From positions 15,917,432 through 15,981,431 of the forward strand of contig NC_092679.1 of NCBI RefSeq assembly GCF_964355755.1: a stretch of DNA of 64,000 nt. Direction: 5' to 3'. This DNA is from Antedon mediterranea. Lineage: Eukaryota; Animalia; Echinodermata. Shown here piece after piece: positions 47,612-61,404 of the stretch. Position numbers and translations under genes: made by a program. The notes under the pieces are model-generated. The model had not been told where the DNA came from and did not search any database. It saw only the letters and a list, made by a program, of their open reading frames with translations. Numbering within the stretch: position 1 is the first letter of the stretch; each line of letters starts with the position of its first letter.

Positions 47612-50600
47612 ATGCCATTTGGACTGAAGTTTAAGAAAACCCGGAGATATTATGTCTCTGGCAAGAATTCATTCGTTGCGAGAATACAATTACTGGATAA
47701 CACATTTATGGAGTGTACGTTATCAACTGAGGGCACTGGTCAAGACTGCCTTGAAGTTATTGGTCAAAAACTAGAGCTGGACGAGGTAGGATACTATTTT
47801 AATCAAAGTAACTATGTAAAAGGGTATGCCCTGAATAGAGGTTTTTGTGGGTAAAAAACCAATAAATATACAGTAACTGTACTATAACCACAATGAACAC
47901 TAATTGATCCTGGACTACGACAAACTTGTGATTTGCTTTATATCTGTACACTAGTTCAAATGTTTATCCAGCAATTCTGCACCTGTATAGTAGTACAGTA
48001 TATACTGTAAGCCCTGCTAAATCCAGATGGAAAGCCATTAAATCTTGATGGTTATTGGCCGAGTTATCAAGATGTCCCCGGAACTTCAAGTTTATAAAAA
48101 CAGCATTACTTAACTAGACATGTAACTCGTCACTTTGACGAGTTTGGTTATCCGCCGCGCAAGTGGTGCAACATTAACATTAAGGGGATAGGTTGAGGAC
48201 AAAAGGAAGTGTTCACGTTGGCATTATGACCTGAACTGAAGAATATGATATGTTGTTATTGCTGAATTTTATTATTTAAATTCATATATAGTATACACAG
48301 TCTAATCTGTATCCATATCACATACAGTGTAGAATAGGTGAAATTACGGGACCCGCTATTTATTGCAATTTTTAACATGTTGACGATTTTAAAATGAAAC
48401 GCGAAGGTAGCAATTCCGAAAGGAAATTATCTCAGCAACAACGTATTAGCGTGTAGAAGAAATTTGAATACGTGAAATATTGATGCGCGCTCTTTTAAAT
48501 GTAATGAATTATGACGCAAAAGATGAAAATACGACTTTTTTTATTTAACTGGCCATATGATGACGTCACGACATCCGATTGGCAACATTTTAACATAATT
48601 TTGTATCTACAATCCAATAGCTTCCAGAAAAAGTTTTAATCGTGATTATCACATTTTATTCTTACGAGCTATAACAGATTTAAATTTACTGTAAAGATGA
48701 AATTGATGCCACACGTGATTTCAATTTTTAGGCATGATGACGTCATAAAAATTAAAATATTTTTCACTCATGCGAAAGATAGTTGATTGACCTAGACAAT
48801 ATCAAAATCGGGGTGAAAATGGAAAACGGATAAGTGGAGATGCGCTCTATTCAATGTGATGAGCTATGACGAAAGATACAAAAATCCTAAATTTTATATT
48901 CGCGTGGCCATACGATGACGTCACAATGTCCGGTTAGCCATATTAATACCTGATCCGATATCTACAACTCATCTACTTCCAGAATATGCCATCCACAAAA
49001 AGTTGACCGTCTAGTTTAGAAATTATGACTGTTTAAAAAAAGGCATATTTTAAACGAATTTTTTAACCTTTTCATAAAAAACGCGCGCAAATTGTCCAAT
49101 TCGACGTGCTCGTATGACGTATCTTTAAGTCGAAATTGTTAAAAATTTGGTTAAATTACATGAAAAGGCTGGAAAAACATAAATCACGCGAAAAAAATAC
49201 GTTTTCAATGCTACGTGCGCACCGCACACGTAAAAATGTGCGCACGCGTGGGAATTTTTGACATGTTTAAAACGACATGAAACGCGTAGAAAGTTGATTA
49301 TAAATTAGTTTCGCGCATTTTGAAATTTTAAATGCGCGTGCGCGCGTAAGTTTGTGTAAAACACGCAATTTTTTTTCAACAGAAAGTTAGCGCATGATAT
49401 AAATTAAACTTTTGCAAAGTTTCAAGTTGAAATGTTATTTGGTTTTCGACATATGTTAAATACGAGAAAATCGTTAAATCGCGCGTACGTCACGTTGCGC
49501 AATTGTAAACATCATGAAAAGCTTCGCTTGACGACGTTACATAAATGTCAAAATGTTAACATAGTTAACAAAATGTTATGTTTGCAAGTTTCAGAGAAAA
49601 GCGTTACACAAAAATCATACAGAAAGAAAGAAGAAGAATAAAAAGTTGATGATGATGATGATGATGATGATTTCGTACAATCACAAGAGGTTATCCTGCA
49701 ACTTCGTTGCGGATAACCAAATTACAAAGAAATATAAATAGAATTATGCTACAGTATACACTATACAGGATTTTCATTACCTTCCTTTTCTTACAGTTAA
49801 TGTATTTTGGGTTGTTGTATATAAACAAGAATTACAAGTTAAGATGGGTTGAATTGGAAAAACCATTAAAGAAGCAACTTGATAAGAACGCCCATGATAC
49901 GTTGTTGAGATTCGGTGTGATGCTGTATACGTCCAATGTACAACACTTAAACCAGGAGATTACAAGGTAAGGAATTGGAGATTATTAACTTGCCCAAAAC
50001 CGGACATGGTTAAGGAAGGTACATTTATCGCCACCCCTCCCACTTTTTATATCATTTATTATATTACATATGATTATATGTAATAATCATATCATTTAAC
50101 ACTTCCTCACCTCCTTTTACAATAGGCACGTTAACAATTTTGCAGGAGATGCACAGGGTGTAAAGTGTTGGAAAATTTTATTTATAGTTGGTATAATTTT
50201 TCGTAGAATATTTTATTTTTAACTTCAATTGATTACAAGGAATTATCAAACAGCAAAGCAAATGTTTTCATAGACTCCCAGACGTGATTTGGGATGTGCG
50301 CATACCCAGTCCGACATTACAAATTACAGTACCAAGTAATACTGTAGCTTCCACATTGATACTGTTTTGTATCGATTCCGTCCGCTAGACTATAACTGCC
50401 TGAAGGCGCAAAAAACTATTGTGATAGTCAGCAAGTTGTAAGAAGCTGAGGGTACTGTACATTAGTTGTGTTATGTTAGTAAAGTATGTGTCCTTTGGTT
50501 TGAGATGTTGTATGACCTTGCCTTATAACCTTAACCTAATAAATCAACTCTGTTCTGTTAGTTCAGGTCAAGGTGTGTCAAGGCACATTCTGCAAATATC

Positions 50601-53600
50601 TATTCAAAATATTTCTTACAATTTTTTTTTTTAATGAAAGTTATCAGGACACAGGTAGAGAAATTATAAATGCCCAGACAGATAACTGAATGTTATTGTT
50701 AACCCTGAACAATCGTCAGAAAAGGGCAAAAGATTAATAATGAAAGTACAAAATAAAAAGGTGGGATTTGAATATCATTTTTAAGATTCCAAACTCCCAA
50801 AAAATTGTAGACATTTCTCAATTTATTTCTCCCCCACTCAGTCCTTTAGAAACAAATGTATTTTCTGATTTTGAAATTTGTTTTAGAGAAAAGTTAGGAG
50901 GTCTGAAAGTACTGAAAAAGACAGGTGGGAGACAACCATGTTGCCAATGTAAAGGTGATAACTGAATACCGTCTGATCATTTAGCTATTTACTGTAAGAT
51001 GGTTGAATGAGTAATTGTACCGTAAATGAACACATATTATTCTACCTGTAAAAGTCACAGATCAAATTCCTTTGAATGGATCAGGCAATTCAGTTCTAGG
51101 TAAAAATTCCACGTTCGAAGAAACTTGTCATTTTCGTAGTATTTCTGAAATACAGTAAGGCTAGTTTTACAATACTATAAGGTCATTTTATACTATGTAT
51201 ACTGTATGAAATCATTATTTTACAAGAAAGAAAATGAAGAAAAATTTACCTTTTTTTAATCAAATTTTAAAGATATATTTTATTAATGTGTGTGTATATT
51301 TAATTTTTACTGTACTTGATAGGAATACTGTCAGTGTTCTCCCACACAATTTATATTTAAGTACCAAATTATACTACTGTATTATAGATGTACTGTAAAC
51401 TAATTTACAAAAAAGTAAATTGTACTGTACTTTGTCTATCCAATTGAGCTCTTGTTGTGTTCTTCTAATGGCTAGGCCTAACCTACAGTTACAACTTTAC
51501 TAAATACTGTACGGTACATCATTTTTAATACCAGTTTGAGTGAATTTATTCTGGCAAATCTTGCTGGCAAAACCTGCTTTGGGAGAACACTGACTGAATG
51601 TTAATTGTTCTGTTTTATTTTTAAATTGTCTGTTACTGTACTGTACTTATAGTAGCAGCAAGCATACAGTACTGTATTAAGTGAATAGATTTGATTATTG
51701 AAAATCTCTGAACAATACTCTGAAAAATGTACAGTACGTTCATCATCAGCTAATTTGTTCAGTTGAGCAAATAGGAAGGAATTTGGTTTATTTAAAAAAA
51801 CAAATTTGACAAATATTGAATGTCAATTTATTCTGGATAGTGATCTGCTGTATTGTAACACTTTTAATAGAAATTACTGTACAAACAAATAAAGTTTTGC
51901 CTTCTCTTCATCCTGTAGTAGAAGTTACTGTATCAGTATAATTATAATTTTTCTGCTGACAGCAAATACATAACTACATGTACTCTAAATTTGTGTGTGA
52001 ATAAAATTACCTCCATTTTATTAGTAATAATAGACAAATTTCAAGCAAGTGGCCTTTTCAAATATAAACAGTTAAAACACCTAAGAATTAACAGTTTAAT
52101 ACATTCATTCTGAAATTAGTAATAAATTAAAACATTTTGTCACAACATAGTTTTACTTTGTAGATTTTTAAAGAATTGTTCATTATTGGTAATACCAGTA
52201 AAAGTTATCACTAGTTTTACTGAAATGAAGATAATTTAATTAATACTGTATATATCATGATTAAAAACTATTTATTATTATTAAGATGTATTAGTGTCAG
52301 ATTTTTAAAGATCAATACTATATGAGGACATTCTTATAACAAAATGATATTTCCAGTTAAGCGTGGTCTTATTATTACACAAGTCACACCACAAATTGCT
52401 GTGTTTACGTAAATCTTACATAGCAGAATAGACATTCCTCCTACAGCCTTTTTAACTTTTCAAAAGAAATTCCAAAGAATCAACACACAATAGTAAAGAA
52501 AAATATATCAGCCTGGTCATGAGAATAAAATCAATAAACCTTTACAAAAACATTGTGTAAGTTCAGTTTATTTCTTAACCGTTATTTTTTTAAAAGCAGT
52601 GTCTGGATGTACTGTAAACATTTCTTTTTTTATATCTGATATTTTATCTTTCTCTTAGATAACAAAAATCATACTGTATCATTTTTTCATATCATATTAA
52701 TAAAAATAAAAATATGGGGAATTTACTTTTTAATTCTGAAAATTCAAGTAAGTTTTTTCATTAAAAAAAAATTTCTTTATTATTTAAGTACACTATTTCA
52801 AGCAATTAAATAATAAAGTTCTTTCACATCGTGCCCGGATTCATTCATGCTCACTGTTGATTGGCTAAAAGAAAAAAAATTGTACGATTTCAGCAAACGA
52901 ATGGCTTCTTGATCTGTCGCACCAAATTTGGAGTCCAAATCGGGTACGAATTCAAATCTTACGAATGCTTTACCACCAATGAACCCATTTTAACAATATT
53001 TGTCTCAGAGCACCGGACCGAATTTGGGCACGATGTGAAAACAGCTTTATATGCAAAAACATAGTGTCTCCTTAATTCTGTAAGAGTGTTCCAAAACGTT
53101 CACTGTCACTGGAAAGAGTCTATACTGTAGGGGCTTGGGATTCTACTGTATTGTATTATTAATAAATTATTAATGCTTAAATATTATTTTTCGTAGGTAC
53201 CTATATTTTCTACAGTTAAAGAGTGATATCATTGAAGGAATACTTCCTTGTAGTCTTGAGCAAGCGGTTCTACTAGCAAGCTATGCTGTCCAAGGTATGT
53301 TTGTTCCTTTATCTACAGTTAGGCCTACTACCGTAACTATCTTTTACTTATTTTTAGAAAGTACAAGTATACTGTTTTGGCATTCCTTTACCACAATCAA
53401 TATCTTGACAAATACTATGATGGCTTTGACAAATGATGTATATGTTTTTTCATCTTTAACATAATTTCATAAACATCTTCTATCTATCTTCTAAACTTTC
53501 TATCATCTAAAAGTCGTAGTTAGTCATGCCTCGGGTCACATTCTATGGTCACCGTACAGGTAGGCTACTACATTAGTACTTCTATGAATGGATGACTAGC

Positions 53601-56600
53601 CGGTGACAATAACGCTAGTTGGTCATACCCAGTACCGTTTTGATTTTACGATCTTTCGGGAAACCACCTCACGACGAGCATAAGAGAAAATTTCTGTTTT
53701 AGAGAACTCAAAGGTAGCTTTTCTTGTTGCTTATTATAAATGTTGAAATTTAAATTTTAAATAGTTTTACGAAGTCTGTGTGGAAAGAGAACATTTGGGT
53801 GTGTGGGATTATACTAAAATGGCATACCAAAGTTCTTAGGTCCGAATTTAGCCTACTGTGCTATAAATTAAACGGGGATTATACTCAAACTTAGGATTAA
53901 TACTCATTATAACTTTCTTTGTTGTGTTCCAAAGGTGTCTCCTTAATAAGGGTTACCGAAATATTATGTTCACGTTAGAAAATTTGTGGTTTGTAATTAT
54001 TTATTATTGCTAGGAGAATTTGGTTTCACACTATATTATCTAATTAAAAGAGAAAAAATGCAATAGAGATTAATGATCATTCAATGTTGGTATTAAGGGC
54101 TTTCAGAACAATTATATTATTATCCACGACCTTGCATTCTTTGCTAAGTTTTAAAGCACACACAACAAAAAATGTTTCTATAATCGCAATTCATGCGTAT
54201 TTGTCAAAAATTCCAGTCATGTGACTTAATTAATGACTCACACTCGTAGCGGCGTATTTACCTTTTGTTTTTATAATTTCACGATCCAGCGAACCGTAAT
54301 GGCCTCCACGTTGACACTAAAAGAACTTTTCAACCAAGTTTACAATCATCGATGTTTGTTTTAGTTAACAAGTTGTTTCTGACTTTGAACACTTTCAGAA
54401 TTTTAATTGGTTTCTAATTCGTACAGTTTGTAAAGGTTCATTTAATCTGGGTATTCAATATTGTTAGTTGACTGGTTGGTTCATTAAGTCCTAATTTTAA
54501 TTGATAAGGCCCTAATTAACATTAAGCGTATAGGTATTCCAATCCATACTTGGAACATATCTTATCAGACTGGCATGGTGTCTCTATGCTAAAGCAACTT
54601 ACTACTTACTGTACAGGTAAAGTTACCTAATATTCTGATTTCACCATTTTAGTAGAATCTCATTAACAGGACAACTTTAGGACCAAATATATTTTCCCAT
54701 TAATAGGGATGTTCTCAGAATATGTGTTTCTTCTTAACCTATTTCTTTCCCAATTGACCATTCACTTCTGTCTCTAGCAACTCTTTGCCATGCAATGCCA
54801 CCATGTGTTGTTAGTTCATCCCTCCATCTCATCTGTTGTCTTCCTCTGCCTCGGGTTGTAGGTTCTTGGAGTCCAATTTGTCAGTCTGACTGTCCATCTG
54901 TCATATCTCCTGGCCAGATGTCCTGCCCACCTCCATTTCGTTGATTTTATGCAGCTTATTATGTCCTGAACTCCTGATTTCAATTTTGTATTTGACACTT
55001 TATCTTTCTTTGTGACACCTACTGTATTAGTACTCTTTCCATTGCACTTTCTGTTACTCTCAGCCTTTTTTTGAGAAGCTTAATAATGATCCATGTTTCT
55101 GAACTGTAGATAAGGGTTGGTACTGTATGATGCATATGTGTTTACCACATAGTTTTAAAACAAAGCATTCACACAAAAGTTTTCCCTAAATTTCCAAAGG
55201 AGAAGTTTTACTGTATTTATTTTGTCTATTTCATGCCTACAGTAGCTTACCTGGATATTTCAATTTTGTGATCTTTTGTTATTTCTGTTACATTATTTAA
55301 ATTATGTAATTTATTGCAAATGATTTAATTATTTGTTACTTAAAAATTCTTTTTTTTCTTTAGCTGAATTTGGAGATTACGATCCAGATCGTCACACCTT
55401 GGAATTTTTAAAAGATTATATTCTTTTGCCAAAGGTATGTGAATTTAACTAATTTTTATATCTCTGAATTTAGTGTGGTTTAACATGCCCTTGTTTCTCT
55501 CACAGTGATCCAATTGTTACCAGCATTTTCCTTGTGTTAAAAAAATTAGCATGTAATTATTCTGCACATACTGTAATGACAGTTCATGTTTTGTGTATTT
55601 GAATTTATTAATACCAAAATATAATTTATCAGTACTTTACATAGTAGTATGACCTTATCCATTTTCTGTATCCTAAATTTGGAAAATAAAAATTTAATTT
55701 ATCAGTACATTCGATTACATAGTAGTATTATTTTATCCATTTTCTGTATCCTAAATTTTGAAGTGAATCAACATGTACAATAATTGTACATGTTTGGTGC
55801 TTTAATGCATATCCAAACTTGTCACGGTGATGTTAAAATCTAATGACATATGGTCATTGCTTCAATACAGTTGGAACAGGGTGTACAATTTTGAGACGGT
55901 TTTTTCTGTGAGCAAGTAAAAAAAAGTATTAAAGGGTCTTTCACACCTGTTCCGGCACAGTTTTGGTACGGCGCCGGAAAATCCAATCGAACGTTGATGT
56001 TTCGTTTTCACACAGCTACGCGCATATCGATTGGCTCATAGCCGCTTGGAGCGTCATGAAAAAGAAACATTGATGTTCGATTCGCCGGACCGGAAGCGTG
56101 CCGGAACAGGTGTGAAAGACCCTTAACTGTGTGAATAAATATACCCTATAGGCATTGAAAATTATAATGCAAAAGATAGGACATCATGTTAAGTTCAGCA
56201 CTTCATTTCACCAAGGCAGTGGGTCCCTATTTAAAAATCCTGAATCCGCCACTGCCCTCAAAAACAGGAAATGTCAAGTAAACGGTTGGCATTTAACAAC
56301 CAAGAAACATCCAATTGAAAAATAGATAATCTCTTTATATTTTTTATTTTTTATAACTTCCTTTATTTGTTAATTTGTAGAACATAAAGATTGATACTGT
56401 GGTACAATCAGAACTACTCCAGGAAGTGATCAACACATACAAGCATCATATAGGTCTGTCACCCGACATGGCGGAGATAGCCTATATATCTGAGGCATCT
56501 CAACTGGATGGATATGGTCAAGAATCATACCCTGCTAAGGTACAGTGTTTCATTTAAGTATCATCCTCAGGTATAAGCCCATTCTTGAGTGTAAGCCTAA

Positions 56601-59600
56601 CCTTGACTGCAAGCCTAACCTTGACTGCTGTATAAACCAAGCTTTGGGATAGGCTCATAAGCCTTGAGCATAATACTGTACAGTATATATATACTACTCC
56701 AAATTTTGCGTAATCTTTATGATAAATGAAAATGTATTGTAGGTAAAGTATTTGTACCCAGTATGTTTAGAAATACAGGTTAAACCCACCTCGTAAACCT
56801 ACTGTATGAGTTGTTGGATGTGAGAAAGGATGAGCAAGGAGGTTTGGCTTACAGTAGACCAAAGTCAATATCACTGATATTTATAATTTTGCCAAGGTGC
56901 AGCATAGCCATACAAAACTACTTTTCTAGACTCAAACAATTATAAAAGGATGTTAAGGTCCTGAGTGAGTAAGGATGCCTTCTTTATGATTGAAGATCTG
57001 AGAGATACGGCAAACTGGAGCCCTGTCTACATTATCAAACTAGTTTGACAAAAGAAGTGTGATGTGATAGTGATGTGACATCATCATGTCCATATATGGG
57101 CACATCACATTTTTTGTCATATAAAGTTTGATAGTGTAGACAGAGCTTAATGACCATTTTGGTATCAATGGGTCAATCTTATCAGTTCCAAGTTTGCAAG
57201 GAGGAGGAAAACTGTGTACCAATAGACTTTACTTTCCACAACTGCTGATCATGATCAGAATTTGTGGAAGAATATTATATGCTACAACTGTACTCATTCC
57301 GAAAGCTTAAAGTTTTAGTCACTGACTTTTCTTTCTCCGACCTACTGTGTTATTGTTCCTACAGTTATTTCAATGCTTATTACTTGTTTGTGGTGATATG
57401 CTTCAATGAGCACATATTTAAAGCATTTTATGGCAAAAGTCCAAGCAAGATCAAAATTAAATACCCTTCAGATTGATTATTAAATGTCAATTAGATTAGT
57501 GAACTCTCCCTAAACTCAATACACTTGTTCTTGCCCAAAATGTATGGTTGTCCAAAATTATGGTTTCATGAATATATTTTAATTTTGTTCATGAATTTTA
57601 AACCATATTCTTTCTCACTTTTATTTACCTACAAATATAAAGTATAAACATTGTAACATGAATAAAACAAAATATATCAAGGGAAAGGAATATATCAAAG
57701 AAGTTCAGTCCCTAAACATTGGAAAAAAAAGTTATATAAATACCGTATATTTCGGTGTATAAGTCGCACCTGTGTATAAGACGCACCCCCTAACTGAGAG
57801 TAAAATATCGGTATTTTTTATATTGGGGTCATTCCATGTCAAATCACCCAAAAAAAAACAAAATTTACACCTCACCATCTCAGATTTTGATCAAATTTGA
57901 AATATATGGTAATCACTATGAAAAATTCCAAAATTTCAAATTTTATTCAAATCGGACAAACCGTTAAAATGTTACGGGCAATTTAAAATGGCCGAAAATC
58001 GTTAAAAAGAGCAAAATATCGCGAGACCGTCGATTTTAAAACGTGAATATTTTCAAAACTACTAGTCCGATTTTAATGAAACAAGTAAAAAATTAATGGC
58101 CATTTAAGGAGGATTCCAAATCTTTAATTAGAATTAACTCTTATAAATTTCCCTTAAAATGTTCTATTGACCTATAATTTGACCTTTGTCATGACCCTGT
58201 GGAACAAAAATTATAATGTTAAAATATTAATTTTTATATTTTCACACTTCTTGCCTGTAAAATGTTAGATAAAGCTAAGATGTCTTTTGTACCAGTTCTA
58301 TTTTATAGGCTTTCAAAATTGCACATCAAACAAATTCTATGTGAAAAACAGTGTTTAACATGTTTAATCAGTTATATTTTACATTGCCTCTATAAATGTT
58401 TTATTGAAAGATATCATTCCTGTTGAAAGTAGTCAATATTGCATCTTCTTCTTGTTTTGATATACTGTAAATTCCTACTTGATGATGATGTTAGTGATGG
58501 TGCATCAATAAGACATAGGTCACTTGATTCTTCAATCCATCAGCTTTATCTGGCCAATGGACATTTTTTGAAGGACCAGGAGGATGCATAAATGATTTAA
58601 AGTACTGTTTAGTCACCAAATTCAGCTGACATGACATCCAGCACCATCCCAATCCACCACACACCATCATACAAAGACTCCACAAAATGATTTTGAGAAA
58701 TTGCATATTGTGGAACTTCTCATGCAAATGTAGTAGATGTTGATGGGCAGCTTGTTACGTTTACTTTCCTTGGTTCATCTTTTTGTGCACTTGTATACCA
58801 TAAGAGAACCATCTTGTTGCGGTACAAATCTGTGCAGTTGAAGGGTGCCTTTGATGGTTTTGGCTTCAGAAAATCGAGATTTCAGTCGAGCTACAAATTC
58901 TTTAATTTCTTCGGATGAAATTTCAATTTATTCCACATTTATTTAGTCATCAATTACAACATAATTGCAATACAACTGATAACAAGGATCCTTCATAAAA
59001 AAGCTGTAGCTTTGTTTTTTTGTAGGACCCTTAGAACAATATAAGTAAATAGAACTAAATAGGTAAAACAGTCATTTCCCATAAAATGAAAATGAAAACA
59101 TGAAAAAAAATGATATCAGGAATGTTTTCAACACAGAAATTAAACATGTCTATTGATGTTAGTAGTTGATTATGATATGGACGTTTTAGACTCTTTTTGG
59201 TTACTAGTCGTTGTACTGTCCCCAAATTCCATCGCATGCACTTTTCCCATGTGATGTGGCGAAAAAGTTCCACTCGGCATTTAAATCAAAATCATGTTTG
59301 TGATTGCATAGATTGATAAAATTGGACTTATTTTTATATTGACCTGCGCATCCATCGGTAAAGTAGTGAACCTTCTTTATTTCGTAAAATTTACCCTTCA
59401 AATGATTTAGAACAACTTTTTGGAAAGTCCACACTGTTGTTGTTGAGTGTATTGCAATTAGATAAATTTCCATCCACCTCACATCTGTATGCTACAAATG
59501 GATGCAGTGTTGCCTGTTTGTTTTTCCAGTGAAAGCTTTTTATTTCATCTTGGATGACAAAAGCGTAATTTTCAGCAAAATCATCTTGGAGTACTATCTC

Positions 59601-61404
59601 CTGCAAAGGATAAATGACCCTTGAGCTTCAGCAACAGTAACTGGTGCCTTGTTAGCTTCATTTGGTCAGCTAGCTCATCACCGCATTCTTCAATAGTTTT
59701 TTAACTGTTATTAATGTTGTGCGGTCTGTTGTTACCCATTGCTTGTTGTATCAGTATTCTACTTCATCAATCCTCCTGGTATATAATTAACACATAGATT
59801 GATACAAAACACAAACCCAGACAACATGATATAACTATATCTTCTAAATGAGGTAAAAGACATCTTAGCATTTTACATATGTTATAAACACTACTTTATA
59901 GTTTAAAAAAAAAATAATGACATTAAAAAAATATACGGTCCACAAGGTCAAACCAGGGGTCATTTTATATATCAAAAGGTCAAATATATTTTAAGACATT
60001 CTACTACAATTCTGATAACAAATTTGGAATATTTGGGGCATTTCCTTTCCCATACTGTTTATTTTTTTTTAATTGGACTTGTAGTTCTTGTTTTATTGTC
60101 TTTTGAAAATTGGCGGCCGCACCCATTTTTACGGTTTTTTGCGTTTTTTTCACAATTTGTCCAGCCCGTAACTTTTAATCCGTTTTTCTGAATTACGTAA
60201 AATTTTATATTTAAGCTTTTTTTAGGCTAATAACCACCTGTACCAATTTTCATTAAAATCCGAGTCAGTAGGGTGTTTACCATTGGGTGATCTGACATCA
60301 TTGTTGATGTATAAGACGCACCTTATATTTCATCAAAACAATGGTTTTTTTAAATTGTAATCAATATTATTGTAATAATATATTTTGTTATATCTACAAC
60401 GGCGTCCTTTATTTAGGTTTTTTCTTACCTCAAATTTGCGTGTCAAAAGTGCGACTTATACACCGAAATATACGGTAAATTATTCAATTAAATTTAGACC
60501 GGCAATTCTGTTTATAGTTTATTGAGGGGTTAGGTTTATTTTTTAGAGGTTAGGGTGATTGTATAGGGGTTAGGTTGACTGTGTTATAGTATGTATACCA
60601 TTTTGGCTTTTTCAATCGTGCGGCTGAATTTGTTTGCAGCGATGTAACTATATTTGTTGACTGTATTGTGCATGCTGTGCGTGCAATAATGTAAAGTGAG
60701 TTACTAAACACCATGCATATGTCCTTATTTGCCCAAATACAGTAAACAATAATAAGAATAAGACACATACAGTAATAATAAAGTATTGTATTATAGTGTT
60801 TAATAAGTTTATTCGACAGTCAATGACCTGCAGTAGGTTACATTAAATAATTGATTATTTTCTGAATTCCCTAAATTATACGTTTTATTACACATTTAAG
60901 TTAATAAAGAGAGAATTTGAAGTGTCGATTGGTATTTATGTTTTTTGGTACAGTATTTTGACAAGAACTCCGCCCACTAGTACTAGACATATTTTATGGC
61001 CTAGTAATGCTATAATGAAGTGATTCTACCAACCACTAAACATATTTCATTGGCCAGTAATGCTATGTAATTTCTTTGGTACAGTAGGCTGTTCAGGGCC
61101 ATTCAATCCACCATTGTTCGCGAAACATCAGCAGATATTTTATTTTCAACAAATATGTTTTCATTTTTTATCTTGGATTCATAAAGTAACAACGGGGTAA
61201 CGATTAAAAATATTTCTTAAATTTACTTTGTTAATGGTTCTTATGTATTTGTATGATGCCTAAAACAATTAATTATTTTTTTTAATGATTTTTTATTTAT
61301 TTTATCACTAATTAGGATGAACACGGCCATGATTTACTTTTAGGAGCCTCTTTCATTGGAATTTTTGTCAAGCATTTGAACGGACAGCCAACAGTATATT
61401 TTAA
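47612..61404 (+). CDS. PTPN14: FERM-domain tyrosine phosphatase, PTPN14/PTPN21 (Pez) orthologue; first six coding exons, continues past the window
   Basis: Starts [15 protein letters not shown], the PTPN14/21 signature. Exons 47612-47785, 49797-49966 ([15 protein letters not shown]), 53197-53294 ([14 protein letters not shown]), 55364-55434 (EFGDYD), 56381-56539 ([13 protein letters not shown]) and 61316-61404 ([14 protein letters not shown]). GT-AG; phases join. Confidence 0.92.
48112..49721 (+). mobile_element. Non-autonomous Helentron-type (HINE-like) element
   Basis: 5' aactaga plus hairpin aactcgtca..tgacgagtt; 13-bp subterminal IR tttggttatccgc / gcggataaccaaa; 3' hairpin ggttatcctgcaac..gttgcggataacc preceded by (AAG)n(GAT)n; internal degenerate repeats containing gatgacgtca. 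Confidence 0.75.
52817..53046. mobile_element. Harbinger-type MITE (family C), with a related fragment at ~62498-62640
   Basis: TIR core tttcacatcgtgccc / gggcacgatgtgaaa with TWA flanks; cattcatgctcactgttgattgg is shared with ~62607. Confidence 0.65.
54740..55120 (-). mobile_element. Decayed 3' fragment of an RTE-clade LINE
   Basis: [21 protein letters not shown] is the RTE ORF C-terminal signature; frameshifted. Confidence 0.8.
55933..56123. mobile_element. Harbinger-type MITE (family D)
   Basis: 26-bp perfect TIR agggtctttcacacctgttccggcac; TAA TSD (55930-32, 56124-26). Confidence 0.85.
57019..57147. mobile_element. Harbinger-type MITE family A, copy 2
   Basis: Same TIRs as 5640-5783, inverted interior. 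Confidence 0.8.
57743..60475. mobile_element. Tc1/mariner (pogo-like) non-autonomous element hosting a nested Sola2 insertion
   Basis: 27-bp perfect TIR ccgtatatttcggtgtataagtcgcac with TA on both sides; subterminal tgtataagacgcacc repeats. Confidence 0.85.
57826..60299 (-). mobile_element. Sola2-like DNA transposon relic with pseudogenised transposase (~58500-59750)
   Basis: GGG terminus; partial TIR atgtcaaatcaccca / tgggtgatctgacat; 4-bp TSD ATTG (57822-25, 60300-03). Frameshifted motifs DFAENY..QDEI.S.HW...[16 protein letters not shown] and [13 protein letters not shown]. Confidence 0.75.
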
